Positions 39,617-49,307 of a stretch of DNA of 56,435 nucleotides are shown piece by piece. Source of the DNA: an uncultured bacterium (GTDB lineage: Bacteria; UBP14; UBA6098). Both the position numbers and the translations under genes were made by a program. The DNA lies in contig CAYNTG010000004.1 in NCBI GenBank assembly GCA_964400105.1, positions 1 through 56,435 on the forward strand, in the 5' to 3' direction. Position 1 is the stretch's first letter, and each line of letters opens with the position of its first letter. The notes below the pieces were generated by a model that worked only from the letters and a program-made list of their open reading frames with translations, ran no database searches and was not told the origin of the DNA.

Positions 39617-40619
39617 TTTTTCCTTTTTCGATAGCCATTCGGCGGATGTCCTCCGTCTTCTCGATCTCGCCGGAAAATTTCTCGCCGACCCAGTGTGGGA
39701 GATCTCTTTCGAGGATCATATCGGCGTGATAAATCACTCTTTCCCAGTTTTTAAGATTTTTGGCCGCGATTGCTGCGTAATGGTGCATCTCCACGAAATT
39801 CGCCGACTGCTTCGTTCCGAGTGTGTCGAGGAGATCGCACAGTCTTTCCGCCGCGACGAAATATTCCTCCAAATCCCCATCCTTCTCGGTGATAGCGATG
39901 TCATACCAGAAGGGAAGTATGCTCGAAGGATACCTTTCCGCCACGACGTCGCGCGCCGTGCGGGCCGAATCGATCATGCCTGCTTCGAGAAAAACATAAA
40001 CCATCGCGTGAAGAGCGGCATCGCGGGAATAGATCGAATTGTCGCGTGCATCCCGAAGGAAATCGAGACCCTCGTCGCGGTTGTCCGGGACCAATGGCAG
40101 ATAGACCAAAAAGCCGATGCTCGAACTCACCCAGAAATAGTAGCCTCCAGCGCCCAATGCAGCATCGGCGCGGGTTTGCGGCTTTGTCATGGAGATTTTT
40201 AAAAAAGCGAGGGCATCGCGCGCTGAGCTATAAGCCGAAAGATAGCTTCCCTCCTGGGCCTCGCCTATTGCCTTGTATCCCAGTGAAGAGCCGATAATCC
40301 AGTCGTTCCAAGGGTCGGTGGAATCTTCGAGGGCGAGCGCGATGGCCGAATCCAGAATCGCATTCATCCTTTCGACCTCGCGGTAGTCCTCGCGGTTGCT
40401 CATATTATCGTGAAGGTTCGACCCTTTCAGGAAAAGTGGCGCCGGATCGTTCGGGTATGCCGTTCTCAGCGAATCTATTATCGAATCGGCTTCGTCGTAG
40501 CGGTTTTCGAAGCGCATTTCGATGGTCTTCTGTATAATCGGTCGAACAGATGCGTCGGACAGGATTCCGCCATAAGCCGCCGCCGTCAAAAGAAATATCG
40601 AGATCAGTGAGCGAGCCAT
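39606..40619 (-). CDS. secreted helical-repeat (TPR-like) hypothetical protein
   Basis: 337 aa with a signal-like N-terminus MARSLISIFLLTAAAYG. The composition looks alpha-helical and repeat-like. It overlaps both neighbours (16 nt and 11 nt). Confidence 0.45.
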   Translation of the reverse strand: MARSLISIFLLTAAAYGGILSDASVRPIIQKTIEMRFENRYDEADSIIDSLRTAYPNDPAPLFLKGSNLHDNMSNREDYREVERMNAILDSAIALALEDSTDPWNDWIIGSSLGYKAIGEAQEGSYLSAYSSARDALAFLKISMTKPQTRADAALGAGGYYFWVSSSIGFLVYLPLVPDNRDEGLDFLRDARDNSIYSRDAALHAMVYVFLEAGMIDSARTARDVVAERYPSSILPFWYDIAITEKDGDLEEYFVAAERLCDLLDTLGTKQSANFVEMHHYAAIAAKNLKNWERVIYHADMILERDLPHWVGEKFSGEIEKTEDIRRMAIEKGKNDR

Positions 40620-42193
40620 AGGTCGATCCTTGTCTTCAAAATGTTATCGATATTGGTATTATATCCTTCAGAGAGGATTTCGTAAGCGGCGCTTTCGCCA
40701 TCACAGAATATTATCAGCGGCAGCTTTTCGGCTTCGAGCTTGGCGAGGTCGGGCGAACCGGTTATCGATAGGGCGAGCGTGCCGTCTGCGTCGATCAGGG
40801 TTCTCCGCTCCGTCTCGAAGCTGGGTTCCACGGTTTGTGAAGATCGAACCCATAAATCCACGAAGCGGATCGAGTCGCCGTAACTGCTTGCGATGTCGTC
40901 GATTGCGGTGCGCGCTCGAATCGACGGTTCGCTTTCCGAATCGAAAAAGAATAGCACGATCGGTTTTCTCCCCTCTAACTGATTGTGGCTGAAAGGATTG
41001 CCGGAAAGGTCGTTAAGCGTGAATATCGGGAATCGTCCGGCCTCGGTGCCCAAAACCTCGATATATTGCGGCGCATCGACGGCGACCTCGACCGATGCCG
41101 TGTCGTCCTCATGGATCTCTACCGACATGGTTTGTACCCATACGCTTCCGGTGCGGTCGCGCATGCCGCATTGGAGGACGTAATCGCCGGTGCCCAACTC
41201 GACCTCGAAATCACCGGATGAATCGGCTTCGGCTCCCACCTCATCGAGCGGCCAGAACGCGCCATTTCCAAAAACGCATACCGAGAAATGCTCCCAACCG
41301 TCCGCGGGTTTTCCGCCACGACTGAAATGGGCGTTCAAATATCCGGTTTTCGTGTAGCTCGAAGTAACAAATTCCATATCGAAGCCGCCGATCACGGTGA
41401 CGATCGTGACGTTGCCGGGGTGCTCGTCCTCCGGATAGCCGAAATCTGCGAATCGATCGGGGGCATCTGGATAAAGCGGCGCCCATTCGCCTGAATTGGC
41501 ATCGAAAATCTCGACCCAGCTCATTCCTCCACCCTCGCCGCGGATCGTGCGGATTATCGCGTTGCGCGACGGGATACCGAGCGATTTGAGTATGGCGGTC
41601 ATCATGGCGGATATTTCCGATCGAGAACCCTTGCGGCGTTTGAATGTCATATCCGGGGATTGCATCCCGCCGAAGAAATCGTTTCCGGCGGTATCGATAT
41701 TTTCCGCAACCCATCGATTCACGATCTTTGCGGCCTCGCGAGGATCGCCGGTTCCGAACGCCCTTTCGGAAAATTCATCGTAGAACAACCTCCGCCAGGA
41801 CGTAACCGATTCGTAGCTAAGCCGATATGCGAGGATATACGGCCAGAACATCTCTTCCGGTATCGGCCATTGGGCCTCGTCCTTTGCGCGGAACGAGTAT
41901 TCGAGATGCTCGGTGAGTATGTCGTTTGTGGCGAGAAGTCGGTCGAGGTGCGGCATCGTATTCACCAGCCAGATCGCATCGAGAAGGCGCTCGCCGTCGT
42001 TCGACGATACAAAATCGGCCAGCTCGCGCCAGTTCCCGAGCGCATCGGAATACGCCTCGAAAAGCGATTCTCGAAGCGAATCCGGCGCGATCTTCGCGGA
42101 CTCCGTCGCCGCTATACTGTCGAAATCCTCCGGCGATGTCTGCGCGAAAATAGAAATGGCTAACACGATCATCGTCAAAACCAAAAAGCGCAT
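40604..42193 (-). CDS. secreted transglutaminase-like fold protein with C-terminal thioredoxin-like fold, both apparently lacking catalytic residues
   Basis: 529 aa with signal peptide MRFLVLTMIVLAISIFAQ. KGSRSEISAMMTAILKSLGIPSRNAI...GGGMSWVEIFD aligns by eye with the TGase-core pattern G.C..FA......LGIP.R....H.WVEV. GRKPIVLFFFDSESEPS aligns with the TlpA-like ..FWASWCPPC. Confidence 0.5.
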   Translation of the reverse strand: MRFLVLTMIVLAISIFAQTSPEDFDSIAATESAKIAPDSLRESLFEAYSDALGNWRELADFVSSNDGERLLDAIWLVNTMPHLDRLLATNDILTEHLEYSFRAKDEAQWPIPEEMFWPYILAYRLSYESVTSWRRLFYDEFSERAFGTGDPREAAKIVNRWVAENIDTAGNDFFGGMQSPDMTFKRRKGSRSEISAMMTAILKSLGIPSRNAIIRTIRGEGGGMSWVEIFDANSGEWAPLYPDAPDRFADFGYPEDEHPGNVTIVTVIGGFDMEFVTSSYTKTGYLNAHFSRGGKPADGWEHFSVCVFGNGAFWPLDEVGAEADSSGDFEVELGTGDYVLQCGMRDRTGSVWVQTMSVEIHEDDTASVEVAVDAPQYIEVLGTEAGRFPIFTLNDLSGNPFSHNQLEGRKPIVLFFFDSESEPSIRARTAIDDIASSYGDSIRFVDLWVRSSQTVEPSFETERRTLIDADGTLALSITGSPDLAKLEAEKLPLIIFCDGESAAYEILSEGYNTNIDNILKTRIDLWLAH

Positions 42194-42315
42194 GGATATT
42201 TCCCTTAACCTTTCGTAGATTTAGATGAATATAATCTTGTGGGCGTCCATTCACAAACAAAAACAAAATATCCCGCCGTTCTTATCAGATTAATTTGCTT
42301 GGTGATAAATTTGGT

Positions 42316-42344
42316 TTGACAAACTGGAATGAGCAAGATATTTT
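42316..42344 (+). promoter_or_regulatory. sigma70-type promoter of lon
   Basis: TTGACA (42316-42321), 17-nt spacer, TATTTT (42339-42344). Confidence 0.5.
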
Positions 42345-42376
42345 ATAAAAATTCAAAAATTCAAAGCTGGTCATAT

Positions 42377-44695
42377 ATGAAAGAAAATCGTCTCCCAATT
42401 ATTCCGCTCCGCGATATAGTCGTTTTCCCCGATGTAATTTTCCCAATTCTCGTGGGAAGATCGAGAAGTTTGGCTGCGGTGCAGGAAGCAATGATCTCCA
42501 ACAGGGAGATTCTGCTCGTTGCGCAAAAGAATGCTGCGGTCCAGGATGTTCGCGCCGACGATCTTTACAGATACGGAACTGCCGCAAAGATACTTCAGCT
42601 ACTGCGCCTTCCTGAAGGATCGATGAAGGTGCTTATCGAGGGGAAGACGAGAGCGAAGATAAAAAGATTTTTTTTCGGAAGGGATTACATGGAGGCGGTT
42701 TTCGAACCGATTATCGAAAGGAACGAACCGCCAAGCCCAAGAAGCGAAGCCCTTATAAGAAAGACGCTCGAGAGATTCACCGTTTACGCGAGAATGGAGA
42801 ATTCGCTCCCGGAGGAGATCGTCGCCGCCATCGAGAGCCATCAAAGCAACCCCGGCACGCTCGCGGATATTATCGCATCGCACATGCCGATAAAGCATGC
42901 CGCAAAGCAGAAGCTCCTCCAGACCGAATCCCCGAACGACAGACTCGGACAGATTCTCGCACTTCTTTCTCGCGAGATCGAGATTTTACGGCTCGAGGAA
43001 TCGATAAATAAAAAGGTGAATAACCGTATATCGGAGAGCCAGAGGGAATATTACCTTCGCGAGCAGATAGAAGCCATTCGTCAGGAACTCGGAAAGAAGG
43101 GCAAAAACCCGGAGATCGAGGAGCTTATTAAAAGGGCCGATTCCATCGCGCTCCCGGAAGCGACGCGAACCATGTTCGACAAGGAAACGGAGAAGCTCGA
43201 GCGCACGAATCCCTCCAGCCCGGAGACCGCCGTTATCCGGGATTACCTCGATTGGATACTCGCTTTGCCGTGGGGCACGATCTCGAAGGATAACACCGAT
43301 ATCGACCGCGCACAAAAGATATTGGAAGAGGATCATTACGGTCTCAAAAAGATAAAGCAAAGGATTACGGAGCATATCGCTGTCATGGCCCTCTCAAAAA
43401 AGATGCGAGGGCCGATACTCTGTTTGGTTGGGCCGCCCGGTGTTGGGAAGACCTCTCTTGGAAGGAGCATTGCGAGGGCGCTCGGTAGGAAATTCGTGCG
43501 TTTTTCGCTCGGCGGGGTTCGTGACGAGGCGGAGATTCGCGGCCACAGAAGAACATATATCGGCGCACTTCCGGGGCAGATCGTCCAGCAGATGAAAAAG
43601 GCCGGAAGCATGAATCCGGTATTTCTCCTCGACGAGATCGATAAGCTCGGCGCGGATTTTCGAGGAGACCCGGCGTCTGCATTGCTCGAGGCACTCGATC
43701 CTGAGCAGAACTCGACATTCGTCGATCACTATCTCGATATCGAATTCGACCTGTCGAAGGTGCTGTTTATCACGACGGCGAACACGACCGCCGAAATACC
43801 TTACGCACTCGCCGATAGGATGGAGATCCTGCGGATACCCGGATACCTTATCGCGGAGAAAACCGCTATCGCCAGAGGTTTTCTGATCCCGAAAATGAGG
43901 ATAGAAACAGGCCTCGATAGCGTCGATATCAGGTTCAGCAACGAGGCTATCGAGAATCTGATCCGCGGATGGACGCGCGAGGCCGGAGTTCGTGAGCTGG
44001 AGCGGAAAATCGGGAAGATTATGCGGGTCATAGCATCGCGGGTCGTTAGAAAGAAAGGGATTCCCAAGAGGGTGGATATATCCGCAAAAAGCCTCGAAAG
44101 ATACCTCGGTGTAGCACAGTTCCGAGGCTCGGATATACCCGGGGAATTGGCGGTTGGAGAGGCGATGGGACTTGCGTGGACGGCATACGGAGGCGAGATT
44201 TTACGCATAGAGACCGCTATCACCGCAGGCAAGGAGGAACTGGTCCTTACCGGCCGGCTCGGCGAGGTCATGCAGGAATCGGCGCGAACCGCTTTGACCT
44301 TCGTGCGAAGTAGATTCGAAAAACTGGGCATCGACAGCAAGTCCATTCCAAAGGGATCGATCCATATCCATGCTCCGGAAGGCGCGGTTCCGAAGGATGG
44401 CCCATCCGCCGGTATAGCCATAGCCTCGGCCATAGCTTCGCTCTTGACCGGGAAACGTTTGCCGAAGAAGATTGCTATGACGGGGGAAATTTCGCTCACT
44501 GGCCGCGTATTGAGGATTGGCGGCCTCGTCGAAAAGCTCGTGGCTGCGAAACGTGCCGAACTTGAAGTGGTGATCATACCGCGAGAAAATGTTCCCGATC
44601 TCCTCGAAATCCCAGAGGATGTCAAAGCCGGTCTGTGTATCAAGCATGTTTCCAGCGCGGACGAGGTTTTCGATATTCTCGGTATCTCCACTTGA
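42377..44695 (+). CDS. lon: ATP-dependent Lon protease
   Basis: The ORF track starts at 42329, which lies inside the predicted promoter. ATG 42377 gives MKENRLPIIPLRDIVVFP. Walker A GPPGVGKTS, Walker B LLDEIDK, catalytic serine motif PKDGPSAGIA. Confidence 0.95.
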   Translation: MKENRLPIIPLRDIVVFPDVIFPILVGRSRSLAAVQEAMISNREILLVAQKNAAVQDVRADDLYRYGTAAKILQLLRLPEGSMKVLIEGKTRAKIKRFFFGRDYMEAVFEPIIERNEPPSPRSEALIRKTLERFTVYARMENSLPEEIVAAIESHQSNPGTLADIIASHMPIKHAAKQKLLQTESPNDRLGQILALLSREIEILRLEESINKKVNNRISESQREYYLREQIEAIRQELGKKGKNPEIEELIKRADSIALPEATRTMFDKETEKLERTNPSSPETAVIRDYLDWILALPWGTISKDNTDIDRAQKILEEDHYGLKKIKQRITEHIAVMALSKKMRGPILCLVGPPGVGKTSLGRSIARALGRKFVRFSLGGVRDEAEIRGHRRTYIGALPGQIVQQMKKAGSMNPVFLLDEIDKLGADFRGDPASALLEALDPEQNSTFVDHYLDIEFDLSKVLFITTANTTAEIPYALADRMEILRIPGYLIAEKTAIARGFLIPKMRIETGLDSVDIRFSNEAIENLIRGWTREAGVRELERKIGKIMRVIASRVVRKKGIPKRVDISAKSLERYLGVAQFRGSDIPGELAVGEAMGLAWTAYGGEILRIETAITAGKEELVLTGRLGEVMQESARTALTFVRSRFEKLGIDSKSIPKGSIHIHAPEGAVPKDGPSAGIAIASAIASLLTGKRLPKKIAMTGEISLTGRVLRIGGLVEKLVAAKRAELEVVIIPRENVPDLLEIPEDVKAGLCIKHVSSADEVFDILGIST

Positions 44696-44795
44696 CGTCG
44701 AACAATTCAAGCATTATATTCCCTATCAATCGCGTCTGCCGCACCGCAATTCATAGCATTTTTCCCGGCTTTGCCGGTTCAATGGAGAATGTCGT

Positions 44796-45521
44796 ATGAA
44801 AGGTTTAGTTTTGGCTGGCGGTCTCGGAACACGATTAAGACCACTCACGAAAATTACCAACAAGCACCTGTTACCAGTGTATGACGCACCGATGATCTAT
44901 TATCCGTTGCGCTCTCTCGTCGATGCTGGTGTCGAGGATATCATGATCGTATGCGGCGGCAACCATGCCGGGGAATTCCTCCGGCTCCTCGGGAATGGAG
45001 AGGAATTCGGCCTGAAGCATCTTAATTATACCTACCAGCAAAACGAGGGAGGTATAGCCGAGGCTCTCGGACTTTGTGAGCATTTCGCCGATGGCGAAAA
45101 GACCGTCGTCTTCCTCGGGGATAATATAGTGGAATTGAGTATTGCCACTGCGGTGAGGGAATTTGCGAAGCAGAAATCCGGCGCGAGGATACTTCTAAAG
45201 GAGGTCGAAGACCCGCGCGATTATGGCGTGGTTCGTTTCGGCGAAGATGGATCGATAGAAAAAATTATCGAAAAACCCACCGATCCGCCGTCAAATTTCG
45301 CCGTTGTCGGCATATATATGTACACGCCGGAGGTCTTCGATATCATAAAGACCCTCGAAAGATCGAATCGTGGCGAGCTTGAAATCACCGACGTGAACAA
45401 CGCATACCTATCGAGAGGCAAACTCGAATACAGCATCCTCGAAGGGTGGTGGGCAGATGCGGGGGCATCCATAGAGGCATATTACGAAACCATCGTGAAG
45501 GTGGCCGAAAAAAACCGATAG
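44796..45521 (+). CDS. sugar-1-phosphate nucleotidyltransferase (short glucose-1-phosphate thymidylyltransferase-like)
   Basis: 241 aa. N-terminus GLVLAGGLGTRLRPLTKITNKHLLPV. Its size and the EGWWADAG C-terminal part fit short RmlA-like enzymes. Confidence 0.8.
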   Translation: MKGLVLAGGLGTRLRPLTKITNKHLLPVYDAPMIYYPLRSLVDAGVEDIMIVCGGNHAGEFLRLLGNGEEFGLKHLNYTYQQNEGGIAEALGLCEHFADGEKTVVFLGDNIVELSIATAVREFAKQKSGARILLKEVEDPRDYGVVRFGEDGSIEKIIEKPTDPPSNFAVVGIYMYTPEVFDIIKTLERSNRGELEITDVNNAYLSRGKLEYSILEGWWADAGASIEAYYETIVKVAEKNR

Positions 45522-45532
45522 TGGAATGTGGA

Positions 45533-45934
45533 TTATTGGTTCTCCGCGAGGTGAGATGTGAGCCTCTCCTTGATTCGGTCGTAGTTGGGCTTGGCCGTGA
45601 AATGGGATATTGTTTTCGAGCGTTTCCCAGGAATCTCCTCGACAAGAAAAAAGCTCCTCGAATTGGCTACCAGCCTCGCCTGAAAACGGAATGTCGCAAC
45701 TTGTTCGTGGTTCTTATATACCCAAAATTCATACAGCCAACCCTCGGCTTTGACGGTTTTTGTGTTCTCGAATGCCAGAACGACAAAATCGCCCGATTTA
45801 TACTCTTCGATCGGCATTTCATTTACCTTTGCGGTTATGAATTTACCATAATATGTCGTCGAACAACCGGCCAATAAAAGAATCAGGGTTATAGTAATTA
45901 GTATCGTGATGCTTTTTCGCATTTTTCTTTCCAT
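45533..45934 (-). CDS. hypothetical lipoprotein
   Basis: 133 aa with lipobox LLAGC after a hydrophobic N-terminus. It is convergent with the previous gene, with an 11-nt gap. Confidence 0.55.
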   Translation of the reverse strand: MERKMRKSITILITITLILLLAGCSTTYYGKFITAKVNEMPIEEYKSGDFVVLAFENTKTVKAEGWLYEFWVYKNHEQVATFRFQARLVANSRSFFLVEEIPGKRSKTISHFTAKPNYDRIKERLTSHLAENQ

Positions 45935-46179
45935 CGAGTTTGATAAAGCTTGCAGTGAAAAAAATAATCCTTATCTTTAGGACAAGAAGCGAACAATAAG
46001 ATCTCTAACAAGTATCTTATGAAGGTTGTCCCCGTTTTGTTGAGTTGACGCGATGACTCCTTTTTGGACGAGCGAAGACAAAAAACTTACGGCGATGTTA
46101 AAATCCTTTAATCTTCCTTTTGGGAGATGTTTATACTTCGCTTCTTCTTGCCGACCGTGAAAACGGTCGGCATCTTTAT

Positions 46180-47217
46180 TTATTTATCCTCTTTCACTTC
46201 CACGGTATCCAAATCGGGCAAAAGCCCCTTCTTAATTCGGATTTCGTTTGCGATTTTTTCGGCGATATCCTTGTTTTCTTTGAGGAAGATGCGCGCTTTT
46301 TCTCTTCCCGCACCGAGCTTGTTATCGCCGAATGAGAACCAGATGCCCTTTTTATCGATGATATTGAGATCGACGCCGAGATCCAAAAGCTCGGATTCGT
46401 GGGATATGCCCTCGCCGAAAACGATGTCGCACTCGACCTTGCGAAATGGCGGGGCGAGTTTATTCTTCACCACCTTGATATAGACCCTGTGGCCGATAAT
46501 ATCTTCCTTGACCTTGATCGAAGCGCCCCTTCGGATATGGATTCTGACGCTCGCGTAAAACTTCAGTGCGACGCCGCCGGAGGTTGTTTCCGGGTTGCCG
46601 AACATCACACCGATCTTAACTCTGGTCTGGTTCACAAAGACGACCGAGGTTTGGGATTTGCTGATAGCCCCGGTGAGCTTTCTCAGCGCTTGGCTCATGA
46701 GCCTCGCCTGCGCGCCGACCTGCCGGTCTCCCATATCCCCCTCGATCTCGGCACGCGGGACGAGCGCGGCCACCGAATCGATCACGACGACATCCATAGC
46801 GCCACTGCGGACGATCGTCTCGCATATTTCGAGCGCCTGTTCGCCGTTGTCCGGCTGTGAGACCCAAAGATTATCGGTATCTACGCCGAGCGCGGCGGCA
46901 TAAATCGGGTCCATAGCGTGTTCGGCATCGATAAATGCCGCGAGACCGCCTTCCTTCTGGGCCTCCGCGATAATCTGGAGCGCGAGGGTGGTTTTGCCGG
47001 ATGATTCGGGACCGAATATCTCGCTGACCCGTCCTCGCGGGATGCCGCCGATACCGAGGGCGCTGTCGAGGCCTATCGAGCCGGTGCTTATCGTCGGTAT
47101 CTTCTGCGGCGAACCGCTGTCTCCGAGGCGCATGATAGCGCCATCCCCGAAGGCCTTATGGATACTCTCGATCGCTAAATCGAGCGCTTTCGCCTTCTTT
47201 TTGTTTATATCCGCCAT
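46180..47217 (-). CDS. recA: recombinase RecA
   Basis: 345 aa. Walker [13 protein letters not shown], plus AFIDAEHA and [18 protein letters not shown] (reverse complement of 47221-47226). Confidence 0.97.
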   Translation of the reverse strand: MADINKKKAKALDLAIESIHKAFGDGAIMRLGDSGSPQKIPTISTGSIGLDSALGIGGIPRGRVSEIFGPESSGKTTLALQIIAEAQKEGGLAAFIDAEHAMDPIYAAALGVDTDNLWVSQPDNGEQALEICETIVRSGAMDVVVIDSVAALVPRAEIEGDMGDRQVGAQARLMSQALRKLTGAISKSQTSVVFVNQTRVKIGVMFGNPETTSGGVALKFYASVRIHIRRGASIKVKEDIIGHRVYIKVVKNKLAPPFRKVECDIVFGEGISHESELLDLGVDLNIIDKKGIWFSFGDNKLGAGREKARIFLKENKDIAEKIANEIRIKKGLLPDLDTVEVKEDK

Positions 47218-47243
47218 TATTCCTCCAGTTAAAAAATCAATTA

Positions 47244-47440
47244 GAGATTGCTGAAAAACGAATGTGAATCGTTACAAAGTGATAAAATGATAAAACATGT
47301 CATTGCGAGTGAAACGAAGCAATCTCAACGTTTGCGGGAGATTGCCGCGTCGCTCCACTACGGGCCTACGTGCCGTGCGGGTCTAAGGATATCGCAATTA
47401 CAGGCTAATTTCTTGTTTTCTGTCAAAAATCAGCAATCTC
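47244..47440. mobile_element. MITE-like repeat, copy B (full length) inserted in the thpR-recA junction
   Basis: 197 bp. Terminal inverted repeats GAGATTGCTGA (47244-47254) and TCAGCAATCTC (47430-47440). Flanked by AATTA (47239-47243) and AATTA (47441-47445). Internal hairpin-forming segments (gtcattgcgag..cgaagcaatctc..gagattgccgcg). No coding capacity of its own. Confidence 0.7.
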
Positions 47441-47442
47441 AA

Positions 47443-48030
47443 TTATTCAAATTGGTCGGACAGGCTGAATTCAGCCTGTGGTTCGTATATGCTGCCGCCC
47501 GTCGAAAGGGTGCTTTTCATCAGTGTAACCCGGTCGGCGATAAAACTCTCATTCGGAAGCTCGATCTCCTCGATTTTTTCGAGCAATCTTTTCGCGCTCT
47601 TCGACTCGCGGACCCTCGCGATAGTGAGGTGCGGACCGAATCGCCTTTTCTCGCGGGGGAAACCAAGATTCGCCACAGCTCGATCCACGGCGTTCGCCAT
47701 TTCCTCCAATGCCACGGTCTCCCCGCCTATGCCGACCCATATCACGCGCGGATTCCTGCCGCCAAATGTCCCGACATCTTTTAAAGATAGGGATAGCGGA
47801 GCCGCTTTCGCAACTACTTTTTCCAGCGCGGCGGCGAGTTTAGGAACGATCGATTCGGGGATGTCGCCGAGGAATTTGAGCGTGAGGTGAAGGTTGCCCG
47901 GTTTCACCCACGAGCATCGCGCGCCGGTTTTTTTGAGGAGCGATGTTGCTTTGACGTCGATCGTGTCTCTGACATGCTTGGGCAATTCGAGGCAGATGAA
48001 CGCGCGTATTGTTCCAATATCTTTTTTCAC
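47443..48030 (-). CDS. thpR: RNA 2',3'-cyclic phosphodiesterase (2H family, LigT/ThpR)
   Basis: Two H-x-T motifs, HLTLKF and HLTIAR. The preferred start is GTG 48030, which overlaps the cinA TGA (GTGA) and has a GAGGTG SD upstream. An alternative ATG lies at 48060. The 384-aa ORF-track extension runs out of frame across cinA. Confidence 0.8.
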   Translation of the reverse strand: MKKDIGTIRAFICLELPKHVRDTIDVKATSLLKKTGARCSWVKPGNLHLTLKFLGDIPESIVPKLAAALEKVVAKAAPLSLSLKDVGTFGGRNPRVIWVGIGGETVALEEMANAVDRAVANLGFPREKRRFGPHLTIARVRESKSAKRLLEKIEEIELPNESFIADRVTLMKSTLSTGGSIYEPQAEFSLSDQFE

Positions 48031-49307
48031 AGCTTCACCTCGATGCTGCCGTCGGCCCATTCGTGGGATTCGTATCTGCCGGAAAGCTCCAGCCAAAGCA
48101 TAGCGAGCGCGGCCTGAGACGTCCTTTCCCTGTGCTGTTTTCTGCCGCTGGCAAATATATTCCTCCGAATATATGTGCCGTGCGGCGTGTCCATCGCATA
48201 ATATACAAGCCCGACCGGCTTTTCGTCGGTGCCTCCGGAAGGCCCGGCGATGCCGGTAGTGGAAAGGGCGTAGTTCGCGTGAAACCGCTCCGCCGCGCCG
48301 CGAGCCATCTGCGACGCAACCTCCGCCGATACCGCACCGAATCGCTCGATCTTTTCGGAATCGACCGTCAATAGCTCCGCCTTTGCCCGATTCGAGTAGC
48401 TCACCACGCCGCCCTCGAACCATCCGCTCGCTCCGGGGACATCGACCATCCTCGATGCCAGAAGCCCGCCGGTGCAGCTCTCTGCGGTCGCGACCGTTCT
48501 CCCTGCGCTCGAAAGCAGCTCTCCGACCACGACCGGAAGGCTCCCTTCCGTCGTGGAATAGCACCAATGACGGCATATATCCCGGACAGCCGAGCATCTC
48601 CGCTTGAAATTTGCATCGGATTTTTCCCCGCCGATGCGGATTTCGACACCGAAGGTCGATGGATAGAACGAAAGCCTCTCCGAATCGAGTTTTAGGGAAT
48701 CGAAACTACGGGCGATCTTCGCGGCGATAACGCTCTCTGGGATTCCGGTTGTAAAAAGGCTTTTAGCCGCGCTGTCACTCGGTTTGGCGATGCCTCGAAT
48801 TATCGGTTCGAGCTGGTTTTTGAAGATGTCCTTCATCTCGTGCGGGACGCCCGGAAGAAGGCATATCAGTCGATCTGATTCTCGAAATAATATCCCCGGC
48901 GCGATTCCGACGCCGTTTTTTAGGCTGGTCGTCCCAACCGGAACGAGCGCCTCGCGCGGCGGATCTGGCATAACCATCCCTCTCGCGGAATACCTCCGCT
49001 CGATATCCCCCAGAAGGTCCTCGTCGATAACCAATTTTTGCCTAAGATAATAGCTCAGGGCATCGCGCGTAACGTCGTCTATGGTCGGGCCGAGGCCGCC
49101 GGTCACGATGCATCCATCGGCAATTTGTTGAGCACGCTCGATAGCGGAAGATATCGAGACGACATCGTCCGCGACGGTCGAGCGCTCGACCGTTCTATAT
49201 CCGAGCTTCGAAAGCTCCGAGGACAGCCACGCCGAATTCATATCTATCGTCCTGCCGCGCAGAAGCTCGTCGCCGACGGAGATAATTACGAAATCCACGG
49301 CGTCCAT
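48027..49307 (-). CDS. cinA: CinA-type competence/damage-inducible protein (MoCF-binding domain + nicotinamide-nucleotide amidohydrolase PncC domain)
   Basis: The ORF track starts at 49484. ATG 49307 gives MDAVDFVIISVGDELLRGRTIDMNSAWL, a typical CinA N-terminus. C-terminal half ...TAESCTGGLLA...YSN.AK is PncC-like. Confidence 0.85.
   Translation of the reverse strand: MDAVDFVIISVGDELLRGRTIDMNSAWLSSELSKLGYRTVERSTVADDVVSISSAIERAQQIADGCIVTGGLGPTIDDVTRDALSYYLRQKLVIDEDLLGDIERRYSARGMVMPDPPREALVPVGTTSLKNGVGIAPGILFRESDRLICLLPGVPHEMKDIFKNQLEPIIRGIAKPSDSAAKSLFTTGIPESVIAAKIARSFDSLKLDSERLSFYPSTFGVEIRIGGEKSDANFKRRCSAVRDICRHWCYSTTEGSLPVVVGELLSSAGRTVATAESCTGGLLASRMVDVPGASGWFEGGVVSYSNRAKAELLTVDSEKIERFGAVSAEVASQMARGAAERFHANYALSTTGIAGPSGGTDEKPVGLVYYAMDTPHGTYIRRNIFASGRKQHRERTSQAALAMLWLELSGRYESHEWADGSIEVKL

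Noticed and set aside
43801-44691. 296-aa minus-strand ORF inside lon
   Set aside because: Shadow ORF antisense to lon, with Ser/Arg/Pro-rich low complexity.
46150-46172. Hairpin GCCGACCG-tgaaaa-CGGTCGGC just downstream of recA, as a recA terminator
   Set aside because: The U-rich tract follows it only on the plus strand. On the recA (minus) strand it is followed by AAGAAG. It may still be a stem-loop, but it does not fit an intrinsic terminator for recA, so it is not listed as a feature.
47248-47784. 178-aa plus-strand ORF ([27 protein letters not shown]...)
   Set aside because: It is read through the MITE-like repeat and then antisense to thpR. The peptide motif is a typical repeat-derived artefact.
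47443-48597. 384-aa ORF-track model for the thpR locus with a long Arg/Gly-rich N-terminal extension
   Set aside because: The upstream 190 codons run out of frame across the well-supported cinA gene and are compositionally Arg-rich, as expected for an off-frame read of GC-rich coding DNA. The 2H-phosphoesterase domain starts at about GTG 48030, which is coupled to the cinA stop.
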